Part shown: one piece after another, positions 52,313 to 62,363 of the stretch
Layout: each line of letters opens with the position of its first letter
Position numbering within the stretch: position 1 is the stretch's first letter
Source of the DNA: a virus
IMG/VR virus record: IMGVR_UViG_3300035703_000027
Coordinates: 32,001-96,000 of that record
DNA: 64,000 bases
Reading direction: 5' to 3' (one strand)
Notes under the pieces: generated by a model
Seen by the model: the letters and a program-made list of their open reading frames with translations, nothing else
Databases searched by the model: none
What the model was told of the DNA's origin: nothing
Made by a program: the position numbers and the translations under genes

Positions 52313-54968
52313 GAACCTGGGCTTCGAGGCCCGGATCGACGTGACCCAGGCCCAGGGGGCCCTCGGAAAGCTGGAGGCCGGCCTGCGCGCGTTGCAGGAG
52401 GCGTTCGCGCGCGCCTCGCGGTCGCGCATCCCGATGCCGGACGCCACGGGCTTCGGCCGCAGCGTCAGCCAGATGGAGGAGCGGCTGCGGGCGGCCTCGC
52501 AGGCCTCGCTCGCGGCCACGAACCAGCTCGACAAGGCGCTCGCCACGATGGCGGCACTGACAAACCAGCGCGTGCAGGCCGCGGCCCGGGGCAGCACCAA
52601 CCAGTTGGAGCAGCTCGACCGCAAGATCCTACAGGTGCAGCAGCGCATCCGCACGCTGCACGCGCAGCCGGTTGGCCCGGCGGGCGGCATGGGGGGCGGG
52701 GGCGCTGGCGGGGCGATGGGCGCGGGCGCCATGGGCGGTGGGCGCGGCCCGGGGGGTGGCGGCGTGCCGCACCACCTGGCGATGGTGCCTGCGACGGGCG
52801 CGCGCACAGCGAACGTCACGAACTTCGCCTCCGGCATGGCCCAGAGCGGCGGCAGCGTGGTGGGCAGCGGCCTCGGGACCGTCGTGGGGGCCTCGATGGG
52901 GTCCGCGGTGCCGGTGATCGGCACGGCGATCGGGGCAGCGCTTGGCGGGATGGTGGGCGGCACCATGCTGAACACCATGCTCGGGTTCGTGTCGGGTGCG
53001 GTGGCGCGGCAGTCCGAGGAGTACATCCGCGAAACCAACCTGTTCAGCCGAGACTCTGTGGTGCGGGGCTTGGAGCCCAACCTGCGCCGCGAGACGGTGG
53101 AGGCGACGGCCGAACGGGTCCAGTTGGCGGGGCGCGCCGACCTGTTCACGCGCGAAGAAACCCGGGGCGCCTACGAGGCGCTCGCGCGCGGGCAGGGCTT
53201 CGTGTCCGATCCCGCGCTGCTGAGCACGCTGAACTTCACGCGCGCCTTCGGCCTCTCGGCCCAGGAGACGGCGGGGCAGATCGGCCGAGCCGGCCTGTTT
53301 ACCTCGCTGGATGGCGACCTGACGCGCCAGTTGGCGGCGGGCATCCAGAACTCCGGCATGATGGAGCGGACAGAGGAGGCGCTGGAGGCCTCCGTCAGCC
53401 TGCTGGAGGGCCTCGGCGGGCGCATCGGCAAGCTGAACGACACCCAGACAGCGCAGTTGCTCGCCTTCCAGGCGTCGCTCGCGGGCACGAACAACCCGCT
53501 CTTCCAGGGCCAGCGCGGCGCGCGCGTGGCGCAGGACTTCATGGGCGCGATGGCCGACGGCGCGACGGACGACCAGATGGACGCCCTCATCACGCAGGGC
53601 CTCATGCGCTACGGCTCCCAGGTGGATCCGTCCTTCGACCCCCAAAAGGCCACCTACTTCGACATGCTCAAGTACCGGGAGACGAACGCCCTCGACACGG
53701 CCAAGTCGTTTTCGATGTTCGCCCGCAACGAGCTGGGCATGGACGACACCGTGGTGCAGATGATGCTGCGCAAGATGACGGGCTGGAGCGCGACACAGAC
53801 CGGCGCGTTCTACGAGAACTTCTTCAAGCCCGGGAAGTTCGGGGACCAGGGCCTGATCCAAGCCAAGGACGGCCAGCGCGTGATCGACCAGGGGCGGGAG
53901 GTGCAGCGCAAGGCGTTTTTTGACCAAAAAGATGAGGGCAAGGTGGGCCGGGCGGAGCTGGCGCGCAAGACAGCGCTCGACAGCGAGGACTTCGACCGGG
54001 CAATCGGCTACGCCGGCTTCCGCAGCTTCAAGGAGCTGCAAAGCACGGTGTTGGGGGTCGGCAACAACCTCATGAACTTCGTGAACCCGGCGATCGCCAA
54101 GTTCAACGAGCTGCTCGCGAACATGGGGGACGTGGTGAACGGCCGGCTGCCGGGCGGCCAGACCGGGTTCGCGGCGCGCTCGGACGGCAGCCCCGGCGGG
54201 CGCGTGCCGCCGGGCGTGGCAGCCGGGCGCCTGTTCATGACGGGCGGGCGCGGCCAGGTCACGAGCGAGGCCGCCGCGGTCCGCCGCAACCCCGTGACGG
54301 GCCAGATGCAGCCGCACGATGGCATGGACGTTGGGGCGGCGGCCGGGACGCCGGTGTACGCGGCCGAGGCGGGCACCGTCCGCTTCGCGGGGCCGGCGGG
54401 CGACATGGGCAACATGGTGGCGATCGACCACGAGGATGGCAGCATGAGCCGCTACGGGCACCTGCTGGAGGTGCTGGTGGGGACGGGGCAGCAGGTGTCA
54501 CGCGGCCAGATGATCGGGAAGGTGGGCTCGACGGGGCGCTCGACGGGCCCCCACCTGCACTTCGAGGTGCGTCGCGGCGGTCAGGCGATGGGCCAGGCCG
54601 GGGTGGACCAGTGGCTCCAGCAGCACGGGGGCGGCCCGCCCGGGGCGGCGCCGCCGGCCTCCGCGCCGGCGCCCGCGCCGGGCCCGACGCCGCGCCCTGC
54701 GGGCACGCCGCGGCCCGGCCCCTCACCGCGGCCGGCGCAGACCGGCGCGGTGCCCGGGGTCAACCCGCGGGACTACGCGGGCGCGCCCGCGGCGGCGGTG
54801 GCGGGCGCCGGGGGCGCGGCCATCGGGATGCAGGTGGCGTTCTCGCAAAACTTCCAGGTGGTGGGCGGCGACCCCGAGCAGGTGCGGCGGGCCGCGCGCG
54901 AGGGGGCGATCGAGGGCTACAAGCAGGCGGCGACCATGCTGGCCGGGATGACGATGGGAAATGTCTGA
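52299..54968 (+). CDS. tape measure protein with C-terminal M23 peptidase
   Basis: GGAGG plus GTG; helical Ala/Gly-rich N-terminus; HDGMD...YGHL...STGPHLHFEV. Confidence 0.85.
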   Translation: MAQIENLGFEARIDVTQAQGALGKLEAGLRALQEAFARASRSRIPMPDATGFGRSVSQMEERLRAASQASLAATNQLDKALATMAALTNQRVQAAARGSTNQLEQLDRKILQVQQRIRTLHAQPVGPAGGMGGGGAGGAMGAGAMGGGRGPGGGGVPHHLAMVPATGARTANVTNFASGMAQSGGSVVGSGLGTVVGASMGSAVPVIGTAIGAALGGMVGGTMLNTMLGFVSGAVARQSEEYIRETNLFSRDSVVRGLEPNLRRETVEATAERVQLAGRADLFTREETRGAYEALARGQGFVSDPALLSTLNFTRAFGLSAQETAGQIGRAGLFTSLDGDLTRQLAAGIQNSGMMERTEEALEASVSLLEGLGGRIGKLNDTQTAQLLAFQASLAGTNNPLFQGQRGARVAQDFMGAMADGATDDQMDALITQGLMRYGSQVDPSFDPQKATYFDMLKYRETNALDTAKSFSMFARNELGMDDTVVQMMLRKMTGWSATQTGAFYENFFKPGKFGDQGLIQAKDGQRVIDQGREVQRKAFFDQKDEGKVGRAELARKTALDSEDFDRAIGYAGFRSFKELQSTVLGVGNNLMNFVNPAIAKFNELLANMGDVVNGRLPGGQTGFAARSDGSPGGRVPPGVAAGRLFMTGGRGQVTSEAAAVRRNPVTGQMQPHDGMDVGAAAGTPVYAAEAGTVRFAGPAGDMGNMVAIDHEDGSMSRYGHLLEVLVGTGQQVSRGQMIGKVGSTGRSTGPHLHFEVRRGGQAMGQAGVDQWLQQHGGGPPGAAPPASAPAPAPGPTPRPAGTPRPGPSPRPAQTGAVPGVNPRDYAGAPAAAVAGAGGAAIGMQVAFSQNFQVVGGDPEQVRRAAREGAIEGYKQAATMLAGMTMGNV

Positions 54969-56772
54969 AAAGACCACGCTGTACGGAGTCAACGGCAACT
55001 ACGGCGGCTTGCCGGTTGTGACGGTGCTTGGCGAGGACCGTTCGACGCCGCTTGAGGAGGACATCGTGCTGGCGCAGCACCGCGGCGGCGTGAGCCTGTG
55101 CCGGGTGACGTTCTACAGCGCCAACGGGGTGTTCACGATCAACGGGCAGGTGGGCGAGGGCGAGGATCCCCTCGCGGGGGACCTCATCAGCGTGAGCACG
55201 CAGAAAGACCTGAGCGCGCCGGCGGGCACCTTCACGATCGTGATGCACGACCGCCCCATCCGCACGGAGGGCCCTTACAAGGGCATGCACCTCGGGGACG
55301 TGGTGGCGCCGATGGATCTCGTGGTCATCTCGTTCGGGCGCCATGACCTCGACAAGCACGCGGTGCCGCTGACGGCCGTCATGGTGGGCGTGGTGGCGCA
55401 AGGCCCCACGGAGTCCGAGCGGATGGGCGAGCACGGGGTGGCGTCCCACACCGTGACCATCACGGGCCACGACTTCGGCAAGCTGTTCCTGAACGCGCAG
55501 CTCACCTACTTTCAGGACGTGCCAAACGCCGACCTGAAGGCCTTTGCGGCCCGCAACCTCATCTTCATCGACAAGGAGTTCAAGTTCCCGGCGGGGTCCA
55601 AGGCCTACATCATCGCGTACATCCTCGAAAAGGTGTTCTATCCCCGCGTCAGCCTGAGCTACCGCTTCGCGGCCGAGGGCACGCCGAACGGCCTGCAAGA
55701 CATCCGCAGCCTGTTCGGCTACTACCTCGGGCAGACCTACGGCCTTTTGTACGAGGGCAAGGCCTTCTTGCAGCAGGAGGACACGGTGTGGAACCTGATG
55801 GAGAACCACGCCGAGCAGCCATGGTGCGAGCTGTTCATCGACTGCGTGCCGGCGGAGGGGGATGCGGAACCTGAAGATTGGCTTAACCGTATGACCCAAG
55901 TCGGCGCCATTGACATCAGCGGCGCGCGCCAGGTGGGGCCAGAAGGCGAGTTCCGGCTGACACAGCAAGAGGGCGCGGAGCACGACGGCATCAAGCCCAA
56001 GATCGTGCCGCGCACGTTCGACAACTCAAAGGTGTACCTGATACTGCGTATGGCCCCGTTCTGCAAAGATTCGTGGCGCCGGCTGCCGGTGTTCAAGATT
56101 GACGACACGGTGGTGCTAGACGGGACGGTCGGGGGCGAGCCGACGGTCTACAACGTGTTCTACGCAAAGGTGGCGGCCTTCCTCGGGATGGACAAGGTGA
56201 GCGCGGTGCTCACGAACATCCCGCTGTTCAACCGCACGAGCTACCTGCGGTTCGGCTACCGGCCGCTGGTGGCGCACTCGTCGGTGTTCCCGCTAACGCG
56301 TAAGCAGCGCCAGGATCCCGCTTACAAGGCGGACAACACCTTCAGCGCGGTGTCGCGCACGCTCACCAAGCTGTTGTATGACTGGTACGCGCCAAGCGCC
56401 GACTTCGTGGCGGGCTCCATGACGGTGCAGGGCCATCCGGCCTACCGCATCGGGACGCGGCTCCGGCGCACCTACCTCTCCCGGGGCGATCGCCGCACCG
56501 AGGTGCAGGTGCCGGTGATGGTGTCGCCCGACGCCCCGGTGGCGGGCGAGCCCCAGACCGTCACGATGGGGGGCGGGCCGCTGGTGCGCGAGTTCTACAT
56601 CGAGGGCGTGAGCCACTCGTGGCAGGCCTTCGGGACCTACACGACGACGCTGCGGGTGACGCGCGGGCTGCCGCTCGCGGCGCGCGCGACGGACCCGTCG
56701 GCGCGTCACCCCAAGTTCGACCAGGGCGACATCACGATCCCGCCCGACGACGTGTACCCCTTCCGCCACTAG
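54961..56772 (+). CDS. baseplate hub protein
   Basis: Synteny after TMP; GHDFGKLF; IEGVSHSW...YTTTLRVTRG. Confidence 0.65.
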   Translation: MSEKTTLYGVNGNYGGLPVVTVLGEDRSTPLEEDIVLAQHRGGVSLCRVTFYSANGVFTINGQVGEGEDPLAGDLISVSTQKDLSAPAGTFTIVMHDRPIRTEGPYKGMHLGDVVAPMDLVVISFGRHDLDKHAVPLTAVMVGVVAQGPTESERMGEHGVASHTVTITGHDFGKLFLNAQLTYFQDVPNADLKAFAARNLIFIDKEFKFPAGSKAYIIAYILEKVFYPRVSLSYRFAAEGTPNGLQDIRSLFGYYLGQTYGLLYEGKAFLQQEDTVWNLMENHAEQPWCELFIDCVPAEGDAEPEDWLNRMTQVGAIDISGARQVGPEGEFRLTQQEGAEHDGIKPKIVPRTFDNSKVYLILRMAPFCKDSWRRLPVFKIDDTVVLDGTVGGEPTVYNVFYAKVAAFLGMDKVSAVLTNIPLFNRTSYLRFGYRPLVAHSSVFPLTRKQRQDPAYKADNTFSAVSRTLTKLLYDWYAPSADFVAGSMTVQGHPAYRIGTRLRRTYLSRGDRRTEVQVPVMVSPDAPVAGEPQTVTMGGGPLVREFYIEGVSHSWQAFGTYTTTLRVTRGLPLAARATDPSARHPKFDQGDITIPPDDVYPFRH

Positions 56773-56781
56773 GAGGCCGCC

Positions 56782-57750
56782 GTGCTTCACCACCGCCAGG
56801 CCGGGTTGCCGGCCCCCCGGGACACCCGCAAGGAGGCCGTGGGGGGGCTCTCGAACCTGCACATGGGCCGCGTGACCTTCGTGCACTGGGCGGAGCGCTG
56901 CGTGGATCTGCTGCTCGACGACGCCACGGTGCTGTCCCGGGTGCCGGTGCTCGGGCCGGACAGCGGGCCCGACCGCGGCACGGACGACCTCCCGCGAAAG
57001 CGCGCGCTGGTGGTGGTGGCGTTCCTGTACGGGCACCGCGACCAGCCGGTGGTGCTCGGGTGCCTGAACCGCCCCAGCCACGCGCTGCCGGTCCCGGAGG
57101 TGCCCGAGGACGATCGCGGGGGGCTGAGCCGCCGGGTGTGGGCGAGCGGGACGCACGCGGCGGTGCTCGGGGACGGCCAGTTCGAGCTGCGCACGCCGGA
57201 CGGCACGGTGATCGTGGTCGGGCCGGAGCCGGCGGCGGTGGGCAACTTCAGCGAGACGCAGCGCGAGGCGTGGAACGGCAACCCCTACAAGGCGCCGGAG
57301 CCGGAGGCGCGCGAGGCACCGCCGGACTTCGCCGTGACCATCCGGCGCCCGGACGGCACGCATGTGACGCTCAAGGGCGGCAAGCTGACGATCGAGGCGC
57401 CCGAGACGGTGGAGGTGACGCAGACCGACGGCGGCACGGTGCTGCTTGCGGGCGGCAAGGCGACGGTGACGGCGCCCGGGCGCATCCAGGTGGAGCAAGA
57501 GGGCCAGGGGTCCATCACGCTGGACGGCGCCACGCTGACGCTCAAGGCGCCCGGCAAGGTGGACGTGCAGGCGCCGTCCATTCACCTGCGCGCGGGGCCG
57601 TCGGGCCTCGCCGTGAGCCCTGCGGGCGTGGCGCTGGTGGGCCCGTCGCTCCAGTGGTACGCGACGCCCCTGACGGTCGCGCAGTTCCCGCCCGCGGGGC
57701 CCGTGAACCTCATCCCGATGCCGGGCGTGTCGCCGCTCCCGCTCGTGTAG
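56782..57750 (+). CDS. baseplate central spike (OB-fold plus beta-helix repeats)
   Basis: GRVTFVHW...VVVAFLYG...PVVLGCL; repeated xTIxAPG-like strands. Confidence 0.65.
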   Translation: MLHHRQAGLPAPRDTRKEAVGGLSNLHMGRVTFVHWAERCVDLLLDDATVLSRVPVLGPDSGPDRGTDDLPRKRALVVVAFLYGHRDQPVVLGCLNRPSHALPVPEVPEDDRGGLSRRVWASGTHAAVLGDGQFELRTPDGTVIVVGPEPAAVGNFSETQREAWNGNPYKAPEPEAREAPPDFAVTIRRPDGTHVTLKGGKLTIEAPETVEVTQTDGGTVLLAGGKATVTAPGRIQVEQEGQGSITLDGATLTLKAPGKVDVQAPSIHLRAGPSGLAVSPAGVALVGPSLQWYATPLTVAQFPPAGPVNLIPMPGVSPLPLV

Positions 57751-57754
57751 CCCT

Positions 57755-57794
57755 GGCAAAGCGAGGCGGCGGCGCGCCCCGGCCCCGCTAGACT
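57755..57794 (+). promoter_or_regulatory. class A promoter GGCAA-N29-TAGACT
   Basis: GGCAA 57755-57759, TAGACT 57789-57794. Confidence 0.7.
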
Positions 57795-57811
57795 GGAGGC
57801 AGGAGGGGGCG

Positions 57812-58789
57812 ATGCCGGCGCAAACCGACGAGTCGAACGACGCGCGCGAGATGCGGGCGTTCACGCTGGAGCTTCGCCGCCCCGGCGAGGACCCGGCGTA
57901 TCTCACGCTGCCCATCAACCCGCAGAGCCTGACGATCACGCACCCGTCGCGCAACGCCCCGCAGCACACGCTCGGCGGCCACTACATCGAGGCGTGGGGC
58001 CCGGGCCTGCCGTCCATCACGCTGGAGGGGCACACGGGGTACGCGCCCCGCAGCCCGGTCGAAGGCATCGAAGCGCTGGACGGCTACCAGGCATTTCGGG
58101 CGCTGCTCGACATGCTCAGGCTTTACGACGTGGCGACGACCCGCCAGCGCAACGTGGTGGTCAAGCCCGGCGCGGAGCTGGCGCAGCTCTTTCTTCACTA
58201 CTGGGAGGAGGACGAGCACTGGGAGGTCGTGCCGACGGGCTCGGACGCCCTGCGGCGCTCGCGCAGCGCGGACTCCCCGCTGCTGTTCCGCTACCAGCTC
58301 TCGCTGACAGGGGTCGCGCCCGCGACGGTAAGCGACGAGCTGTCGATGCTGCTCGGGTTGCCGTCGCTCGACAACCTGCTCGGCAACCTCACAAAGGACT
58401 GGGGCGAGGTGGGCAAGTTCCTCGGGGCCCTCGGGGCCGGGGCCTCCGCCGCGGCCAAGGTTGCCAAGGAATACGCGGACAAGGCCAAAGGCTTGATGAC
58501 CAAGGCCCAGAAGGTCATCCAGACCGGCACGAAGGCCATCAACGCCCTGCTTGCACCCGTGCGCGCGCTGGTAAAGGAGGGCCGCGCACTGCTCGCGCAG
58601 GCCTCGCGTGTCGTCAACTCCTTGGCGGCGTTCGGGGGCACGCTTAGCCGGGCGGAGGCGGCGCTCGGCATCCGGGCGCTGCGCTGCTTCAACAACACCT
58701 TCGCCCAGATCGCGGCGTGGGGCCGCAAGTTCGTCTCGCCCATCACGGACGGCTGGGCGCGCTACCGCAAGTCGTATGAGCGGTGCTGA
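57812..58789 (+). CDS. baseplate/tube-initiator protein
   Basis: LPINPQSLTITHPSR...TLGGHYIEAWG...ITLEGHTG. Confidence 0.7.
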   Translation: MPAQTDESNDAREMRAFTLELRRPGEDPAYLTLPINPQSLTITHPSRNAPQHTLGGHYIEAWGPGLPSITLEGHTGYAPRSPVEGIEALDGYQAFRALLDMLRLYDVATTRQRNVVVKPGAELAQLFLHYWEEDEHWEVVPTGSDALRRSRSADSPLLFRYQLSLTGVAPATVSDELSMLLGLPSLDNLLGNLTKDWGEVGKFLGALGAGASAAAKVAKEYADKAKGLMTKAQKVIQTGTKAINALLAPVRALVKEGRALLAQASRVVNSLAAFGGTLSRAEAALGIRALRCFNNTFAQIAAWGRKFVSPITDGWARYRKSYERC

Positions 58790-58791
58790 CG

Positions 58792-59370
58792 ATGGCGGCG
58801 ACGTGGCACACCGTCTTGCAGTCCGACACCCTGCGCGGGTTGGCCGTCCGGTACTACGGCGACCACCAGCGCTGGGTGGAGATCGCCAAGGCCAACGGCA
58901 TCGTCAACGAGTACGACAACCTCTCGGCCTACAACACGCTGCTGATCCCCGACCTGACGGACGAGGCGCTGGGCGACCCGGGCGACCCGTTCTACGTGGA
59001 CGTGGCGGTGGGGGCGGACGGCGGGCTGGCGCTGGACGCGCGGGGCGAGGTGCGGCCGGTGGGCGGCCCCGAGAACCTGATGGCCGGCCTGCTGCGGGCG
59101 CTGACCACCGACATAGGGGATCTGCTGCCGCACCCTGGCTATGGGATCGCGCTGTCGCGCTACATCGGCTTCGCCGGCACGCCGCTGTTCCACCGCTTCC
59201 TGGCGCTGGAGGTGCGGCGCGTCATCCTGCGCGACCCGCGGGTGGCGGACGTGAAGAACATCCGGGTGCGCCAGAAGCCGGGCACCCGCCACATCGAGAT
59301 CGCCGCGGAGGTGCTGCCCATCGGGGGCGGCGCCTTCATTCGGCTGTTGTTTGACCGGGAGGCCGCATGA
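58792..59370 (+). CDS. LysM plus gp25-like baseplate wedge protein
   Basis: HTVLQSDTLRGLAVRYYGD...W.EIAKANGI; HPGYG...ILRDPRV. Confidence 0.8.
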   Translation: MAATWHTVLQSDTLRGLAVRYYGDHQRWVEIAKANGIVNEYDNLSAYNTLLIPDLTDEALGDPGDPFYVDVAVGADGGLALDARGEVRPVGGPENLMAGLLRALTTDIGDLLPHPGYGIALSRYIGFAGTPLFHRFLALEVRRVILRDPRVADVKNIRVRQKPGTRHIEIAAEVLPIGGGAFIRLLFDREAA

Positions 59371-60476
59371 GTGACCCCTTGAGGCCGTTGCCCTTCGACC
59401 AGATCGTGCAGGCGATGGCCGACCAGTTCACGGCCTACCAGATCGCCACGGACATGCCCCTGACGGACCTGTCCGAGGGCTCCGTGGTGCGCAGCCTCAT
59501 GGAGGCCGTGGCGGCGCCGCTTGAGGATCTCATGCTGCGGTTCACGGTGGACTTGCCGAGCCAGTATTTCCTGGACCAGGCCAGCGGCGCCGCCCTGGAC
59601 CGCCTGATCGAGAGCTTCACCTTCGGCCTGCTCGCGCGCATCCCGGCCGCCACGGCAGCGGGCGAGGTGGTGCTGGTGGGGACCTCGGGGGCCATCACGA
59701 CGGCGAGCGCCGAGGCGCGCACGGCGGACAACTGGCGCGTGCGGCTGCTGGCGCCCGTGACTCTGGTCGCGGGCCAGACGCGGGCGACGGTGCCTGCGGT
59801 CGCGCTGCGGACGGGAGCGGCCGGCAACCTGCCAAAAGGCACGCGCCTGACTCTGGATCCGCCGGTGGCCGGGGTGTCGCACCTGGAGGTGGCGACGGCG
59901 TGGTCGGGCGGGAGCGACGAGCAGAGCGACGAGGACTTTTTGGCCTCGCTCATCACGTGGATCGGGTCGCTGTCGCGCGCGACGCGGCCGGCGCTGCTGG
60001 TGGGGGCGCAGGCGGCGGGCTACCAGTGGGCCTACGTGGCGGAGACGGGTGGGGCCGTGCGGGTGTACCTCGACGACGGTGGCCCGGTGAGCGAGACGAA
60101 GCTCGCCGCGGCCCAGGCCCTGATCGCCCGGGAGTGGAAGGCGGCGGGTGTCTATCTGCGGGTGCTGCCGCGCGTCGCGCACCCCATCACGCTGGTGGCG
60201 GAGGCTTTCAGCAGCCCGACGGCCACCAAGGCGGAGCTGGAGACGCGCATCGAGGCCGCCTGGCAGGCGGTGTTTGACGCCAAGCGCATGGGGGACGCCG
60301 TGAGCCGGCTGGACCTGTTGGCGGCGGCGGCCGGCGTGGCGGGCTACAACGGCGTGAACCTGGAGAACCCAGACTACGAGGTGCGCCCGGCGCTCGACGA
60401 GTACGGGGCGACGTTCGGGGACGGCGACCTGTACCCGTATGAGCGGCCGGTGCTGGCCGGGGTCACGTGGCAATGA
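59367..60476 (+). CDS. baseplate J-like protein
   Basis: TDLSEGSVVRSLMEAVA; ASGAALD; GGSDEQSDEDF. Confidence 0.85.
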   Translation: MSDPLRPLPFDQIVQAMADQFTAYQIATDMPLTDLSEGSVVRSLMEAVAAPLEDLMLRFTVDLPSQYFLDQASGAALDRLIESFTFGLLARIPAATAAGEVVLVGTSGAITTASAEARTADNWRVRLLAPVTLVAGQTRATVPAVALRTGAAGNLPKGTRLTLDPPVAGVSHLEVATAWSGGSDEQSDEDFLASLITWIGSLSRATRPALLVGAQAAGYQWAYVAETGGAVRVYLDDGGPVSETKLAAAQALIAREWKAAGVYLRVLPRVAHPITLVAEAFSSPTATKAELETRIEAAWQAVFDAKRMGDAVSRLDLLAAAAGVAGYNGVNLENPDYEVRPALDEYGATFGDGDLYPYERPVLAGVTWQ

Positions 60477-61387
60477 CGGCCACGCTGGACGCGGCACGCG
60501 CCAAGGCCTACCGCCGGATCTTCGCGCACCTGCCGCGCAACTTCCTGGATCCACGCCACCCGAACAACGAGCTGGTGGTGGGGGCGCTCGCGCACGGGCT
60601 GGCGCTGACCACGGTGCTGTACGAGGCGGCGGAGGCCGGGCTGTTCCTCGACACGGCAGGCCAAGAGCTGGTGGCGGACGTGCACGGGGACGGGCTCGCG
60701 CCGTTGCAGCGCTGGGCCTTGTGGCTGAACGTGCCGCTCATCGCGGGCGAAACGGACGCGCGGCTGCGCGCACGCATCATGGCGCGCCTGTACTCGCCAC
60801 GGCTGACCATCGCGGCGATCGAGGACGCGGTGTCGCGGGCGACCGGGCGCACGGTGCGGGTGCAGGAAAGCTACGAGCAGGTGGCGCGGTTCAACGCGGG
60901 GCCCTTCGGGGGCCAGCGCATCGCCGGGAGCCGCTTCAACTGGGGCCGTATCGAGGTGGTGACGGAGCTTCAGGTGGGCGACCCGCCGCTCGCCGGCACG
61001 TCGCCGGTGTCGGCCCTGCTGCGGGAGATGCGGGCCGCGGGCATCTACTGGCGGCACTTGGAGCGAACGCGCGGCCTGGCGCGCTTAGAATGGGAGACGC
61101 TGGGGTCGGCAACTTGGGCGGCCCGGTCGGTGGTGCGGTTGTGGTCACAGGGGCTGCGGCCGAACCAGCCGGCCCCATGGCGCCCGACGCGACGGTTCTG
61201 GCACCTCGGCGGCACGCTTGCGGCGCGGGGTCACGCGGTGCAGCGGGGCGGCGGCGCCATGCTGCTCGCAGGGCCGGCCGGGGGGCCATTGGACGAGGTG
61301 CTCGCACGCCACCGGCCGGCGGGGACGCTGGTGCTCACCTGGGACGACACGCGCAGCCACTGGGATGAGACGGACTGGAACGCATGA
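60473..61387 (+). CDS. baseplate wedge (gpI-like) protein
   Basis: LQRWALWLNVPLIAGETDARLRARI...TIAAIEDAV. Confidence 0.7.
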   Translation: MTATLDAARAKAYRRIFAHLPRNFLDPRHPNNELVVGALAHGLALTTVLYEAAEAGLFLDTAGQELVADVHGDGLAPLQRWALWLNVPLIAGETDARLRARIMARLYSPRLTIAAIEDAVSRATGRTVRVQESYEQVARFNAGPFGGQRIAGSRFNWGRIEVVTELQVGDPPLAGTSPVSALLREMRAAGIYWRHLERTRGLARLEWETLGSATWAARSVVRLWSQGLRPNQPAPWRPTRRFWHLGGTLAARGHAVQRGGGAMLLAGPAGGPLDEVLARHRPAGTLVLTWDDTRSHWDETDWNA

Positions 61388-62043
61388 CCGAGCCGCTGGA
61401 AACCCCGATCTACCTGTTGCCGCGCCAGGCCGGCGGGCCTGCCAACCGGGCGCGCTTCAACCAGGCGCTCGACCGGATCGACACGCTGCTGGGCGGCCTC
61501 GCCGCGCAGGTGGCGACGGTGGATCTGGAGGTGCCGCGCATCAAGCAGCACGGGCCCTTCGTGATGGCGGGGGGCGAGACACAGGTCGAGCTGCCCGAGC
61601 TGTACCAGGTGGGCGCGCGGCGGCTGGAGGTGGAGCGCAGCGGCGTGCGCCACGTGCTGGGGGTGCATTATCAGGAGTTAGACGCGCGCACGATCGAGTT
61701 CTTCGACCCGTGCCAGCCAGGGGAGATTGTGATGGTGACGGAGTACCAGATCGGGCGCGACGCCGGCGCCCTCGCACCGCTGCCCGCCGGGCCGATGTAC
61801 ACGGCCACCGAGCCGCCCACCGGGACGATCGACAGCACGGACGGCAGCGACGGCAACGGGACCTTCCTGCTCACGCGGCCCATCGCCGACGGCACCACCC
61901 CGCGGGTGGTCATCAGCGGCGTCATCGAGTTGGCTCCGGTGGCACACTTCACCTGGGCCGGCAACACCGTGACCATCCTGCCCGGCTACAAGCCGATCCA
62001 GGGTGAAACGCTCAGCGTCGAGTACCGCTGGGCCTTTTCTTGA
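61384..62043 (+). CDS. tail fibre/baseplate-associated protein
   Basis: Synteny; beta-rich modules (GVHYQE...IEF; GNTVTILPGYKP). Confidence 0.55.
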   Translation: MTEPLETPIYLLPRQAGGPANRARFNQALDRIDTLLGGLAAQVATVDLEVPRIKQHGPFVMAGGETQVELPELYQVGARRLEVERSGVRHVLGVHYQELDARTIEFFDPCQPGEIVMVTEYQIGRDAGALAPLPAGPMYTATEPPTGTIDSTDGSDGNGTFLLTRPIADGTTPRVVISGVIELAPVAHFTWAGNTVTILPGYKPIQGETLSVEYRWAFS

Positions 62044-62051
62044 GGGCGACC

Positions 62052-62363
62052 ATGTTCTACGTGAGTATTTCCGGCACGCTGGACATCAACAGCAACCTGA
62101 ACGGCGGGGCGAGCGACGCCGGCGTGACCTACGAGGTGCCTGCCGGCTGTGCGTCCCTGTTTGCCGTCAACGCCTCGACGGGGCTCGTGACGCCCGCAGC
62201 CACCGGGATGGGCGTCGTGCTGGTGAAAAACGCCAGCACGGGTGTGGTGCTGCGCCGGCTGCCGGTGTGTGTCTTGTCGGTGAGTGAGTTCAGCATCCGC
62301 CAGCAGCTCGCCAGCGGGGCCGTCACGCTTGCCACGGGGATCGCGGCGGCAAACGGGGCTTAG
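62052..62363 (+). CDS. small Ig-like tail protein
   Basis: GAGGG RBS; AVNASTGLVT...G; paralog of the N-terminus of 63505. Confidence 0.55.
   Translation: MFYVSISGTLDINSNLNGGASDAGVTYEVPAGCASLFAVNASTGLVTPAATGMGVVLVKNASTGVVLRRLPVCVLSVSEFSIRQQLASGAVTLATGIAAANGA

Noticed and set aside
49059-61387. Sheath/tube/baseplate cluster as an eCIS, tailocin or T6SS
   Set aside because: It is directly preceded by prohead protease, scaffold, capsid and neck genes, so it is a phage tail.
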